From the sequence record PV231353.1: a stretch of 64,000 nucleotides of DNA, one strand, 5' to 3'. Both the position numbers and the translations under genes were made by a program. Under the pieces are notes generated by a model. It made no database searches. It was not told the DNA's origin and saw only the letters and a program-made list of their open reading frames with translations. The number at the start of each line of letters is the position of its first letter. The stretch's first letter is position 1. Below are positions 20,052 to 29,556 of the stretch, one piece after another.

Positions 20052-21485
20052 TTAACGGGGGATGTCGAGGTGATCGGCCAGGGCGTCGGCGCCTCCGATG
20101 AAGGCTTCCTCCTCGCCGCCCGCGTCCAGCAGGAAGATCATCGGCGAGGTGTTCCAGGTCGGGTGGCCCCAGTTCTGGCGGACGTCCTCGAACTTGGCGC
20201 GGCGGTCCTCGTCGCTGGGCTGGACGGCATCATAGGGGATGCCCTCACGATCCAGGTAGGCTTTGGCCCGGTCGCAGTGCGGGCAGTTGGCCTTGGTGTA
20301 GACCCGGTATTCCGGCGCGCCGGCCGGCGCGGTGACCGCCACCTCGTCGAGGCGCTTGACCGACCAGTAACGCGGCGTCTCGGGGATCGCGCAGACGCCC
20401 TCCTCGGCGCAGCCGTCGTCCTCGGGCGGCGGCGTCCAGACCGGACGCTGAAGGAAGCTGAACGCGCGCTCCCAGCCGGGGATTTCGCCCTTGCCGTACT
20501 CCGTCGAGCGCTGCTCGAAGAAGTTGGTGTGGGTCGGGGCGTTCATGATCCAGTCGAGCCAGTCGAACGGATTGTCCTTGACGCCGTAGTTGGGCTTCAG
20601 GCCCAGTTGCAGCAGCCGGCGGTCGGCGATGTAGCGGATGTACTGCTTGGTGTCCTCGGGCGTGACGCCCTCGATCTGGAGCTTGCGGAACTTGCCCGAG
20701 CGGCGCTCGGCGCGGTTCTTCGCCGCCGGCTTGGCCTCGGCCATGTCCGGGGCGATCGCGAAGGCCTGATCGATGAACGCATCTTCGAGGTCGACCATGG
20801 CGCGGCAGGCGTCGTAGATGCGCTTCTTGGTCTCGTCGTTCCAGGCGCGCGGGTGCTCCTTGATCAACTCGTGCAGGAGCTTGATCATCGACTCCACGTG
20901 GTGGCTCTCGTCGCGGATCGACCACTCGACGATCGTGGTCATGCCCTTCATGCGGTTGCGGCGCTGGAAGGACATCAGCAGGGCGAAGGACGAGAAAAGC
21001 TGCATCCCCTCCCCGAAGGCCGAGAACACGGCGATCTCGACCATCAGGTCGGCGATCGAGTTGCCGCTGTCCCGATTGAACATGTACTCGTGCTTCTCGC
21101 GCATCGCCTCGTAGTCGAGGAAGGCGCGGAACTCGACCTCGGGCAGGCCCAGGGTGTCGATCAGCGTCGAGTAGGCGTCGATATGGTTGGCCTCGGCGGC
21201 GATGAACGCGCCCAGCATCATCCGCACTTCCGGGTGCGGGAAGCGCGGGCCGTACTTCTCGAAGTAGCCGCGCGCCACGTCGACGTCGGCCTGGGTGAAG
21301 AACCGGAAGAGTTGCGTCAGCAGGGACTTCTCGTCCGGCGTCAGCTTCTCGTTCCAGTCCTGGATGTCCTGGTCCATGGGGGCTTCGTGCGGAAGCCAGT
21401 GCATGGCCTGCATGGTCTTGTAGGCCTCGTAGGCCCAGGGGTAGACGAACGGCTTGTAATAGTCGCGGGATTTGAGCAGGGACAT
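20052..21485 (-). CDS. nrdB: Ribonucleotide reductase class Ia beta subunit fused to C-terminal glutaredoxin
   Basis: Diiron motifs 'EANHIDAY', 'RDESHH', 'NFFEQR'; C-terminal 'YTKANCPHC...FIGG'. Confidence 0.95.
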   Translation of the reverse strand: MSLLKSRDYYKPFVYPWAYEAYKTMQAMHWLPHEAPMDQDIQDWNEKLTPDEKSLLTQLFRFFTQADVDVARGYFEKYGPRFPHPEVRMMLGAFIAAEANHIDAYSTLIDTLGLPEVEFRAFLDYEAMREKHEYMFNRDSGNSIADLMVEIAVFSAFGEGMQLFSSFALLMSFQRRNRMKGMTTIVEWSIRDESHHVESMIKLLHELIKEHPRAWNDETKKRIYDACRAMVDLEDAFIDQAFAIAPDMAEAKPAAKNRAERRSGKFRKLQIEGVTPEDTKQYIRYIADRRLLQLGLKPNYGVKDNPFDWLDWIMNAPTHTNFFEQRSTEYGKGEIPGWERAFSFLQRPVWTPPPEDDGCAEEGVCAIPETPRYWSVKRLDEVAVTAPAGAPEYRVYTKANCPHCDRAKAYLDREGIPYDAVQPSDEDRRAKFEDVRQNWGHPTWNTSPMIFLLDAGGEEEAFIGGADALADHLDIPR

Positions 21486-21538
21486 GAAGGGGTCTCAGGA
21501 AAAGGAGGGAAGGGGAGGATGAAGGGGCCGCCGGCCCC

Positions 21539-24346
21539 TTACCCCTCACATGCCAAGCAGTCGGACGAGGCCGTCGGATTGAGGGCCAGCATCGCGGCCT
21601 CCTCGGCGGAGCCCTCGGTCACGGGGTCCTCGGCGATCTCGATCTTCTTGCGCTCGACCTTGGCGTTGGTGTTCTCGGCCCGCTTGGGGGTCGACGAGCG
21701 CAGGTAGTAGAAGGACTTGACGCCGGCGCCCTCGCCCCAGCCCAGGAAGTGGAGTTCCGAGAGGTACTCGGCGTCCGCGTCGTGGGGCACGAAGACGTTC
21801 AGGGACTGGCCCTGGCAGATCGACTTGGAGCGGTCGACCGCGAGGGTCACGACCCAGCGCTGGTCCATCTCGCGGGCGGTCCGATAGACCTTCAGGAGAT
21901 GCAGGCGCTCGGCTTCCGGCATGGTCACGCCGTGCTCGGTCAGGAACTCGGGCGTGAAGTGCTGGATCGACCCCTCGGCCGCGACGATCGACTTCCAGAC
22001 CGCCTCGGTGTCCAGGCCCAGTTCGCCCAGGCGCTTCTTCAGCCAGCGGTTCTTGACGGCGAACGAGCCCGACAGGGTCTTGTGCAGGAAGGTGTTGGCC
22101 GGAATCGGCTCGATCGACGGCGAGGTGCCCCCGCAAAGGATCGAGGACGAGGCGTTGGGCGCCACGGCCAGCTTGTGGGCGAAGCGCTCGCCCGTGCCTT
22201 CCATGTCCGGAGCCTCGCCGCGTTCCTTGCCGAGCAGCAGGGAGGCCGCGTCGGCTTGCTTGCGCATGTGGACGAACAGTTCCAGGTTCAGCCGGCGGGC
22301 GGCGTGGCTCTCGAACGGGATGTCCAGCATCTGGAGCAGGGAGTGGAAGCCCAGGAGGCCCAGGCCCACCGAGCGCTCGCGGACGGCGCTGTAGGCGGCG
22401 CGGTGCATCTCGTCCGGCGCGTTGTCGATGAACACCTGGAGGCAGTTGTCCAACATACGCATGAGGTCTTCGATGAAGGTCGGGTGATCCCGCCATTCCG
22501 GCCACTTCTCGGCGTTGACGCTGGAGAGGCAGCAGACGGCGGTCCGCATCTTGCCGAAGATGTCGCGGCCCGAGCCCAGCATGATCTCCGAGCAGTTGCC
22601 CGTCAGATAGCCGTTGAAGACCAGACGGTGGCGCAGGGGCTCGGTCGCGCAGAAGACGTCGGCCTTGTGCGCGAGCGGATGGACGTCGGCGACCGTCGCC
22701 GCCAGGATCGAGGCCACCCCGATCGCGGCGTCGCGCGGCTCGATCGCGTGGGCCAGGACGATGCCGCGATCCGACAGATAGGCCACATCCCACTCGGCGA
22801 GCGAGAAGGCGCTGACCGTGTCGGTCAGGCGGATGCGCGGGTGCAGGCCGGACTCGATGGCCATGAGGCGCATCTGGCGGATCAGGTCGACGTCGGTCGA
22901 GCCCACGGTCAGCCAACGCACGCCGTCGATCTCGACCCACTCGCCGGCCGCGTCCAGGGCGCCGGCCAGCCACGTCAGGCGGCGTTCGACGGTCCAGGCG
23001 AATGGCACCACGCCGGGATTGATCACCTGCGGGTCAAAGCGCAGGGTCGTGCCGTGCTCGTCGCCTTCCAGGTTGGTCGACAGCGTCGACAGGCGCTTGA
23101 GCACCTCGCCCGGCAGGCTCGCGGGCACGAAGGCCGACAGCCGGTTCTTGTCGTCGAAGCCGGCGAAGGTCGTCCACCCGGCGGCATAGGCCTGCTCGAT
23201 CGGCGGCGTCGCCTCGGCCAGCCCCTCGATCACCGGCGCCTGGGCCTTGGCCAGCACGGTCCCGAGCTTCAGTTCGCCGGCCCGCACCTCCACGCCGTCC
23301 TGGGTGTAGAACTTGTGGTAGGGGGTGCAGTCGAGATAGTCGCCATCCTCGAACCAGACGCGCACCAGCGCGGCCTTCTCGTCGGTGGGGTTGGTCTGCT
23401 GGATCAGGACGCGGCTGAATTCCTCGCCGTTCCAGACGTCGTGGTATTCGCCCTTCAGGGCCTCGATCGGCAGGTGGCCGTTGCGGGTCAGGATTTCGGT
23501 CTCGCCGGTCACGCAGAGGTTCGACTGGCGGACCTTGAGGCCGAGCTTCTTCTGCGCCTCGGGGAAGTGGCGGTTGGAGGTGTCGATGAAGTGGATGTAG
23601 GGCTCGCCCGTCTGCATCCGCGTCTCGATCAGCAGGCGCCACAGTTCGCGCGCCCGCTCGACGCGGATCACCTCGCCGGTCTTGGGCGAGCGCAGGGCGA
23701 ACTCGGTGTCGTCGCGCACCGCGATCATGAACTCGTCGGTGACGTTGACGGCGTTGTGCAGGTTGGTGATCTTGCGGTTCTGGTCGCCGCCGGTAGGCTT
23801 GCGGGCCGTGATGAACTCGCGGATTTCCGGGTGGCTGATGTCCAGATAGACGGCGTTGGAGCCCCGGCGCGTGCCGCCTTGGCTGACGGCGAGAATCAGG
23901 CGATCGTCCACCGCCATGAACGGGATCACGCCGGTCGACTGCGAACCCTTCGAGGTCTTCTCGCCCAGGCCGCGCAGGGCGCCGTAGTAGGAGCCGATGC
24001 CGCCGCCCATCGACGAGAGCCAGATGACCTCGTCATAGTGCTCGGAGATCGACTCGCGGCTGTCCTCGATCGCGGTGAGGAAGCAGGAGATCGGCAGGCC
24101 GCGCGCGGACCCGCCGTTCGACAGCAGGGGCGTGGCGAACATGAACCAGAGGTTCGAGACATAGTCGTAGAGCCGCTGGCCGTGCTCGGCGTCATCCGCG
24201 AAGGCCGCACTCGCGCGCGCGAAGGCCTCCTGGGGCGAGCTTTCCCCAGGCAGCAGATAGCGTTCACGGAGGGTCTGAAGGGTGAAGTCGTCGAGCAGGG
24301 CGTCGCGGGTGAGATCGATCTTGATTTCGGAGGGTGCGACAGCCAT
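21539..24346 (-). CDS. nrdA: Ribonucleotide reductase class I alpha subunit (intein-containing)
   Basis: 'TPLLSN', 'PISCF', 'QGG.RRG', 'SNLC..E' split by intein, 'APNASS', C-terminal 'CLACEG'. Start placed at MAVAPS. Confidence 0.95.
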   Translation of the reverse strand: MAVAPSEIKIDLTRDALLDDFTLQTLRERYLLPGESSPQEAFARASAAFADDAEHGQRLYDYVSNLWFMFATPLLSNGGSARGLPISCFLTAIEDSRESISEHYDEVIWLSSMGGGIGSYYGALRGLGEKTSKGSQSTGVIPFMAVDDRLILAVSQGGTRRGSNAVYLDISHPEIREFITARKPTGGDQNRKITNLHNAVNVTDEFMIAVRDDTEFALRSPKTGEVIRVERARELWRLLIETRMQTGEPYIHFIDTSNRHFPEAQKKLGLKVRQSNLCVTGETEILTRNGHLPIEALKGEYHDVWNGEEFSRVLIQQTNPTDEKAALVRVWFEDGDYLDCTPYHKFYTQDGVEVRAGELKLGTVLAKAQAPVIEGLAEATPPIEQAYAAGWTTFAGFDDKNRLSAFVPASLPGEVLKRLSTLSTNLEGDEHGTTLRFDPQVINPGVVPFAWTVERRLTWLAGALDAAGEWVEIDGVRWLTVGSTDVDLIRQMRLMAIESGLHPRIRLTDTVSAFSLAEWDVAYLSDRGIVLAHAIEPRDAAIGVASILAATVADVHPLAHKADVFCATEPLRHRLVFNGYLTGNCSEIMLGSGRDIFGKMRTAVCCLSSVNAEKWPEWRDHPTFIEDLMRMLDNCLQVFIDNAPDEMHRAAYSAVRERSVGLGLLGFHSLLQMLDIPFESHAARRLNLELFVHMRKQADAASLLLGKERGEAPDMEGTGERFAHKLAVAPNASSSILCGGTSPSIEPIPANTFLHKTLSGSFAVKNRWLKKRLGELGLDTEAVWKSIVAAEGSIQHFTPEFLTEHGVTMPEAERLHLLKVYRTAREMDQRWVVTLAVDRSKSICQGQSLNVFVPHDADAEYLSELHFLGWGEGAGVKSFYYLRSSTPKRAENTNAKVERKKIEIAEDPVTEGSAEEAAMLALNPTASSDCLACEG
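22595..23515 (-). mobile_element. Intein (307 aa) with degenerate LAGLIDADG endonuclease
   Basis: Begins 'CVTGETEIL', ends 'NGYLTGN' before Cys; internal 'WLAGALDAAG'; splits the SNL/CSE active-site motif. Confidence 0.92.
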
Positions 24347-24508
24347 GGGGTCTCGTTCTCGCGTCGAGGCGCGATGCGTTAAAAAGCCCTGAGAAATCAG
24401 GGCCTTAGATTGACAGCAAAGGATGGTTAAGATAGCCTGAGGGGTCCCGAAAGTCAAGATTCACGACACTCGTGAACCCCTCAAAGATTCCTTGACAGCC
24501 CCTCGGAT

Positions 24509-24760
24509 TTACTCGTCGGCGAACTTCATTCCGGCCGCCTGGAGGATGTCCTTGGTATTGCAGGGCTTTCCATCCAGGAGGAAACAGAGGCGGGTTTCGC
24601 GGACCCGATCCCCCAGCGCGGCGATCGCGCGTTCGAGGACCGTCATCCCATCGCCGAGGGGAGCGATCAGGGCTCCGGTCTCGCGCGGAAGGCGAGGGCC
24701 GCTGCCCTTCGCCTCCTTCGGGGCCTTGCTCCGCTTACCGGACAACGCCAGCCACCCCAA
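24509..24760 (-). CDS. Hypothetical protein (start uncertain)
   Basis: ORF continuing the minus-strand operon. Confidence 0.5.
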   Translation of the reverse strand: MGWLALSGKRSKAPKEAKGSGPRLPRETGALIAPLGDGMTVLERAIAALGDRVRETRLCFLLDGKPCNTKDILQAAGMKFADE

Positions 24761-25082
24761 CCACCGCCTGGAACTCGGCCAGGGCTTGGTCGACGTCGTG
24801 CCCGGCGGCGATCTTCGCCGAGAGGTCCGCGACGGCGGTGTTGACCCGGTCGAGTTCGGCCTTGAAGTAGTCCGGGGTCTCCTTCAGGATGTTGACCAGC
24901 GCCAGGGTGACGATGTCGACCACCGGGATGCGGATGGTCTCGCCGTCGGCTTCGTTGAACGAGGCCAGCGACAGGCCGATGGTGAAGCCGCTCGGATTAT
25001 CCGGCGTCTCGGTCAGGGCCAGGACCGCTTGGGCGAGCGAGCGCTCTTCTTGGACCTGGATGTCTTCAGTGGGGGAGGTCAT
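24735..25082 (-). CDS. Hypothetical protein
   Basis: Coding-like ORF with RBS, operonic. Confidence 0.7.
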   Translation of the reverse strand: MTSPTEDIQVQEERSLAQAVLALTETPDNPSGFTIGLSLASFNEADGETIRIPVVDIVTLALVNILKETPDYFKAELDRVNTAVADLSAKIAAGHDVDQALAEFQAVVGVAGVVR

Positions 25083-25371
25083 GGGATTCCTGCTGCATGA
25101 GGAGGGTGATGCGGTTGACGGCGTCGACTTCGCTGATCGGCCCGGCCTTCAACAGGGCGTCGATCGTGTCGGCGATCACCCCCTGCTGGTCGAGGGTCAT
25201 GATCGCAAGGCCGTAGAGCAGCGCCTGGGACGCGTGGCGCCGGACGCTCGGAGTGGTGTGGTGGATGATCAGGTCGGCCTCGGCGCGATCCCCGCTGGCG
25301 GGCACGAAGGCCGAAAGCGAGAATTCCGGGGCCAGATCGTCCGGGATATCGAGAGGGGCGGGGGAGGACAT
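25066..25371 (-). CDS. Hypothetical protein
   Basis: Coding-like ORF with GGAG RBS. Confidence 0.7.
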   Translation of the reverse strand: MSSPAPLDIPDDLAPEFSLSAFVPASGDRAEADLIIHHTTPSVRRHASQALLYGLAIMTLDQQGVIADTIDALLKAGPISEVDAVNRITLLMQQESHDLPH

Positions 25372-25438
25372 GCTCGGCTCCGGTGATGTCGTGTCTCCTG
25401 ACGATTGATGTCAGGATTCACGACATCGGTCAACAAGG

Positions 25439-26398
25439 TTAATTCGCCGCAGGGGCGTCCCAGACGGCTTCGCCCGGCACGAACTTGCGGAACTGCTGGA
25501 AGCCCCGGAAATTGCCTTGGTGCGCCTTGGTCAGCGCGTCGCCCGGACGGGCGGCGCGGGCTTGGTGCTCCAGCGGCGAGGCGTGGACCGGCTGGGAGGC
25601 GGCCAGCTTCAGGAAGGTCCCGACGTCACGGGTGATCGAGGCCTTGGAGCCGTCGAAGTCGCGATAGCTGGCGCGCGCGCAGCGCGACGCCGACGAGACG
25701 ATCAGGAGGCGGTCGATCTCGGAGACCTCGCGCAGATTGACGAAGGCGAAGTCGATCAGGCCCAGATTGTAGTCGGCCTGAGCCCGCTCGTTGCGCAGGA
25801 AGCGCGAGATCGTGTCGATGTCCTCTTCCAGGTTGATGAACGGCAGGTGCCATTCGCCCGGCCGCAGCAGGCGCGGGGTCTGGGCGTACAGGTCCGCCTT
25901 GATCCGCCGCGCCAGGGTCTGGATTTCGTCCTGGGCGCCGGCGTCGTCGCGCAGGGTCAGGAAGTTGATCCAGTCGGTGGCCGAGACCACGACCGAGATG
26001 TAGCCGAACCATTCGGTGGCGCGGTTGACCCACTGCTTATGGATGTTGAGGCCGCCTTCCTCGCGCGGCAGGCCCAGCTTGGCGACGCCGGCGCGCACCG
26101 CGTCCGCCATCTCCATCCAGATCGCCTCGGCCGCCTCCTGGTCGGCGTTCGACAGATACTCGCCCGGTTGCATGCCCGGCTTGTTCTCGCGGAACAGCGG
26201 CACGTAGGGCTCGTCCAGCAGCATCTTCTTGAGCGGGATGGCCCGGCTCGACGAGGCGTTGCGGCTGAACACCCGATGGGTCATGAAGTCGGCGTGGACC
26301 ATGCGCGGATAGCGCAGCAGCAGACTGTCCAGGCGCTTGCCGTCCTGGGTGATCGACGCGGCCAGCGGCGTAGTTTGAACGAAATCGAGGGTCGGCAT
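25439..26398 (-). CDS. thyX: FAD-dependent thymidylate synthase
   Basis: 'THRVFSRNASSSRAIP' signature and 'HASPLEHQA'. Confidence 0.93.
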   Translation of the reverse strand: MPTLDFVQTTPLAASITQDGKRLDSLLLRYPRMVHADFMTHRVFSRNASSSRAIPLKKMLLDEPYVPLFRENKPGMQPGEYLSNADQEAAEAIWMEMADAVRAGVAKLGLPREEGGLNIHKQWVNRATEWFGYISVVVSATDWINFLTLRDDAGAQDEIQTLARRIKADLYAQTPRLLRPGEWHLPFINLEEDIDTISRFLRNERAQADYNLGLIDFAFVNLREVSEIDRLLIVSSASRCARASYRDFDGSKASITRDVGTFLKLAASQPVHASPLEHQARAARPGDALTKAHQGNFRGFQQFRKFVPGEAVWDAPAAN

Positions 26399-26401
26399 GG
26401 A

Positions 26402-26938
26402 TCAGTCCTGGTCGGCGTCGAGCACGATCATGGCGATCGCGTTGTGGAGATCGTCGATCCCCCGGTCGTTGGTGATGGTCCAGTCGGGGACGATCAGGTC
26501 CATCTCCAGTTCGGAGGCGTGCTGGGAGGCGGCGTCCTTGGTGACCTTGCGCGGGTCCTCGACGCGGATGATCCGGCCCTTCAGCGCCCGCACGGCGGCG
26601 GCCTCGTTCAGGAAGCGGCAGTCCGAGCAGACGACATGGCTGTAGCCGCCGGCCGCCCGCTTGAAGGCCTCGATCCAGGTGTCCGACTCATAGGAGCGGA
26701 ACATCTCGGTGCCGATCTTCTGGAGGATGTCGCGGGGGCTCTTGAAGGGGTAGCGGTCCAGGACCTGCTCCTTCAGCACGGGGTCCGACATCTCAAGGTC
26801 GGTCACCCCGTAGGCGATCTTGGCGATCTCCCGCAGCGGGTCGGCGAAGTTGATGTGGCGATAGCCGGCGGCTTCCAGGCGGCGCGCGGCCGTCGTCTTG
26901 CCGTGCCCGCGCTTGCCAGTGATGGCGATCAGGTCCAT
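26402..26938 (-). CDS. Deoxynucleoside monophosphate kinase
   Basis: 'ITGKRGHGKTT', 'FADPL', 'PR..LQ..GTE', 'SDCRF.NE', 'HASE'. Confidence 0.93.
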   Translation of the reverse strand: MDLIAITGKRGHGKTTAARRLEAAGYRHINFADPLREIAKIAYGVTDLEMSDPVLKEQVLDRYPFKSPRDILQKIGTEMFRSYESDTWIEAFKRAAGGYSHVVCSDCRFLNEAAAVRALKGRIIRVEDPRKVTKDAASQHASELEMDLIVPDWTITNDRGIDDLHNAIAMIVLDADQD

Positions 26939-26947
26939 GGGGGTCTC

Positions 26948-28282
26948 CTAGCGAAGGATGGTGAGGGTCTTGGCCGCGCGGGTGATGCCCGTGTAGAGCC
27001 ACTTGTCTTCGTCGGCCCGGAAGCAGCCGCTTTCGTCGATCAGGACGACGTCGTCCCACTGCGAGCCCTGGCTGGCGTGGCAGGTGATTGCGTAGGCCCA
27101 GTCGGCGACGATCGAGCTTTTCAGCGCCCGCCAAGCCTTCTGCTCGGGAGCGGTGTAGCCCTTGTTGGTGCGCGAGAAGTGCTCCTCGAACATCCCCTGG
27201 AACATCGTCTTGTCGTGGTACTCGACACCGTTCTCGTCGCTGAACGAGCCCAGGAACGTCGCGTCGCCGTGGGTGAACTCGACCGACTTGAGCGAGGTCA
27301 CCTCGGTGCCGTTGGTCAGGTCCGGGTTGTCGCGGACGTTCTTACGGATGATCAGCGGCTCGTTCTTCTGAGGCCCGACGCGTTCGCCGGGATAGTCGAC
27401 GTAGCCGAACTCCGAACGCAGTTGCTGATTGACGTTCCAGCGCGTCTTGTTGCGACCCACGATGAACTGCGGGCGGTCCTCGAAGTCGAAGACCTCCTCG
27501 TATTCGGCGCGGCGCATCACTTTGACGCCGCCTCCGTAGTCACGGAACGGCAGGTCCTTGCCCTCGCGCGCCAGGGTCGACAGGTGGATGATCGGATTGT
27601 CCTTGGCCTGCCGGTGGATTTCCGACAGGAAGAAGTCGGGGTCATTGGCGAGCAGGCCCGCGTCGTCCTCGACCGGCGGAAGCTGCCCCGGATCGCCCAT
27701 GGCGAAGATGGGCACCCCGTATTCCATCAGGTCGTCGGTCATCCGGCGCCCGACCATGGACGCCTCGTCGACGACGATCAGGCTCGCCAACTGGATGGCG
27801 CTGTCGGGGTTCAGTTGGAAGTTGATCTTGTCCTCGCGGTAGGCCGCGCTGAGTTCGGCCTCCAGGCGCTTGATCAGCTTCTTTTGCGTGAAGATGTGCT
27901 GGTCCTTGTCCGGATCGCCGCCTTCCATGGCGCAGATGTAGAGCGCTTCGCTGAGCGCTTCCCGGTGGTTTTCCAGGTCGGTTTCGAGTTGTGAGATCGG
28001 GGCCGGCTTGGCGCGGTAGATCGCCGAATGGATCGTGCCCGCGTTGGTGTTGGCGTAGCCCTGGGCCTTCAGCTTGGTCCGCATGACCTTGGCGGCCTTG
28101 CCCGTCGGGGCGACGAAGGCCACGGTCTCGGGCGCGATGCCGAGGCTGTCGAGAATGAACGGCAGGATGGTGGACTTGCCCGAGCCGGCGAAGCCGGTCA
28201 TCGTCGTCAGGGGTTGCCCGTCCTTGATCTTTTCGACAACGACCTTGCGGGCCGTGTCCTGTTGTGCGCTGAGCGTAGTCAT
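26948..28282 (-). CDS. RecD/Dda-like SF1B helicase
   Basis: 'GFAGSGKST', 'APTGKAA', 'VDEASM', 'GDPGQLPPV', 'YAITCHASQGS.W', 'YTGITRA'. Confidence 0.93.
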   Translation of the reverse strand: MTTLSAQQDTARKVVVEKIKDGQPLTTMTGFAGSGKSTILPFILDSLGIAPETVAFVAPTGKAAKVMRTKLKAQGYANTNAGTIHSAIYRAKPAPISQLETDLENHREALSEALYICAMEGGDPDKDQHIFTQKKLIKRLEAELSAAYREDKINFQLNPDSAIQLASLIVVDEASMVGRRMTDDLMEYGVPIFAMGDPGQLPPVEDDAGLLANDPDFFLSEIHRQAKDNPIIHLSTLAREGKDLPFRDYGGGVKVMRRAEYEEVFDFEDRPQFIVGRNKTRWNVNQQLRSEFGYVDYPGERVGPQKNEPLIIRKNVRDNPDLTNGTEVTSLKSVEFTHGDATFLGSFSDENGVEYHDKTMFQGMFEEHFSRTNKGYTAPEQKAWRALKSSIVADWAYAITCHASQGSQWDDVVLIDESGCFRADEDKWLYTGITRAAKTLTILR

Positions 28283-28355
28283 CGGAGACTTTCGGACGAG
28301 ACGAGGGAACCCGCCCGGCGCGTCCGGGCGGGTTGGTCGAAGGGATCAGGAGCGC

Positions 28356-29444
28356 TTAGAAGCGACCCCGGCCGCGCGAGGCGCGTTCGGTGCGCTCCTC
28401 GCCTTCGTCCTCGTCGTCGCGACCCCGGCCGCGCGTCGGACGCTCGTCACGCTCGTCCTCCTCGTCGCGGCTGCGACGGGCGGGACGCTCGTCACGTTCC
28501 TCGCGGTCGTCGTCGCGGCTGCGGCGAGCCGGGCGCTCGTCTTCCTCGTCGCGCGAGCGACGGGCCGGACGTTCGTCCTCGTCGTCACGGCTGCGGCGGG
28601 CGGGACGCTCTTCCGGTTCGTCGTCGCGCGCGGCGCGGCGGCTCGAACGCTCTTCGCGCTCCTCCGGCTCGTCATCGCGGCTGCGGCGGCTCGAACGCTC
28701 TTCGCGCTCTTCGCGGTCGTCGTCACGCGAACGACGGGCCGGACGCTCGTCCTCGTCGTCGCGGCTGCGACGCGAGCGCTTGTCCTCGACGGCCTTGGGC
28801 TTGTCGTCGTAGTCGTCCGGCGTGCCTTCCAGCAGCGCGGCCAGTTCCGTCTCCGGCATCCAGCGCACGATCTTGAACTTCGGCGCGTACTTGGTGACCT
28901 TCCGGCCGCCCTTGGTCTTGCCCTCGAAGGGGTTGGAGTCCAGGGCGATGATCGGCACCTCGCCGGGGTGGTTGCGGAAGCTGTTGCCGAAGTCCTTCAG
29001 GAACGCGGCCAGCGCCCGGCGCTTGGAGACGTTGTTGGCCTGGAAGACCATCTCGACGTAGGGCTCGTCGATCAGACGGAAATCGATCGTGTACTGCTCG
29101 ACCGGGCCGTCTTCCTCGCCGTAGGGACCGTGGTCCGGCAGGCTGTTCTTCGACGGCTGCGGGCCGTCTTGCAGGGCGACCATTTCTTCGTAGACGACCT
29201 TGCCGTCCACCCAGATCACCCAGCCGCGCTTGTAGGAGCGCAGGTTGGCGGCCATTTCGGTGCCGTTCTTCAGCGGCTCGTCTTCGGCGCCGTAGGAGTA
29301 CGTGCCGTCGTTGCCGTCGAACTTCATGAAGGCCTTGCCGTCGCCGCCGCCCTTGAGGTTGTTGGCCTCGTTGGCGATCGCGGCGTAGAAATCGTCCTGG
29401 CTGGCCAGATAGCCGCCGGCCGAACGCGTGGTGAGTTCACCCAT
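28356..29444 (-). CDS. Putative ssDNA-binding protein with mixed-charge R/D/E repeat tail
   Basis: N-terminal phage SSB-like domain ('FMKF...G...YG', 'KY.PKF.IV.W') in a replication cluster; repeated 'RRSRDDE.ER.A' tail. Confidence 0.6.
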   Translation of the reverse strand: MGELTTRSAGGYLASQDDFYAAIANEANNLKGGGDGKAFMKFDGNDGTYSYGAEDEPLKNGTEMAANLRSYKRGWVIWVDGKVVYEEMVALQDGPQPSKNSLPDHGPYGEEDGPVEQYTIDFRLIDEPYVEMVFQANNVSKRRALAAFLKDFGNSFRNHPGEVPIIALDSNPFEGKTKGGRKVTKYAPKFKIVRWMPETELAALLEGTPDDYDDKPKAVEDKRSRRSRDDEDERPARRSRDDDREEREERSSRRSRDDEPEEREERSSRRAARDDEPEERPARRSRDDEDERPARRSRDEEDERPARRSRDDDREERDERPARRSRDEEDERDERPTRGRGRDDEDEGEERTERASRGRGRF

Positions 29445-29556
29445 TTGCTGATACCTATTTTCTGTGGAGTTCCTCGGAGGCGCGAGTGCCTCCGAGGCTG
29501 TTACTAGGACTAGGCTGAGACTAGGCTAGGACTGGTGGAAGACTTCGTAAGTTGAG

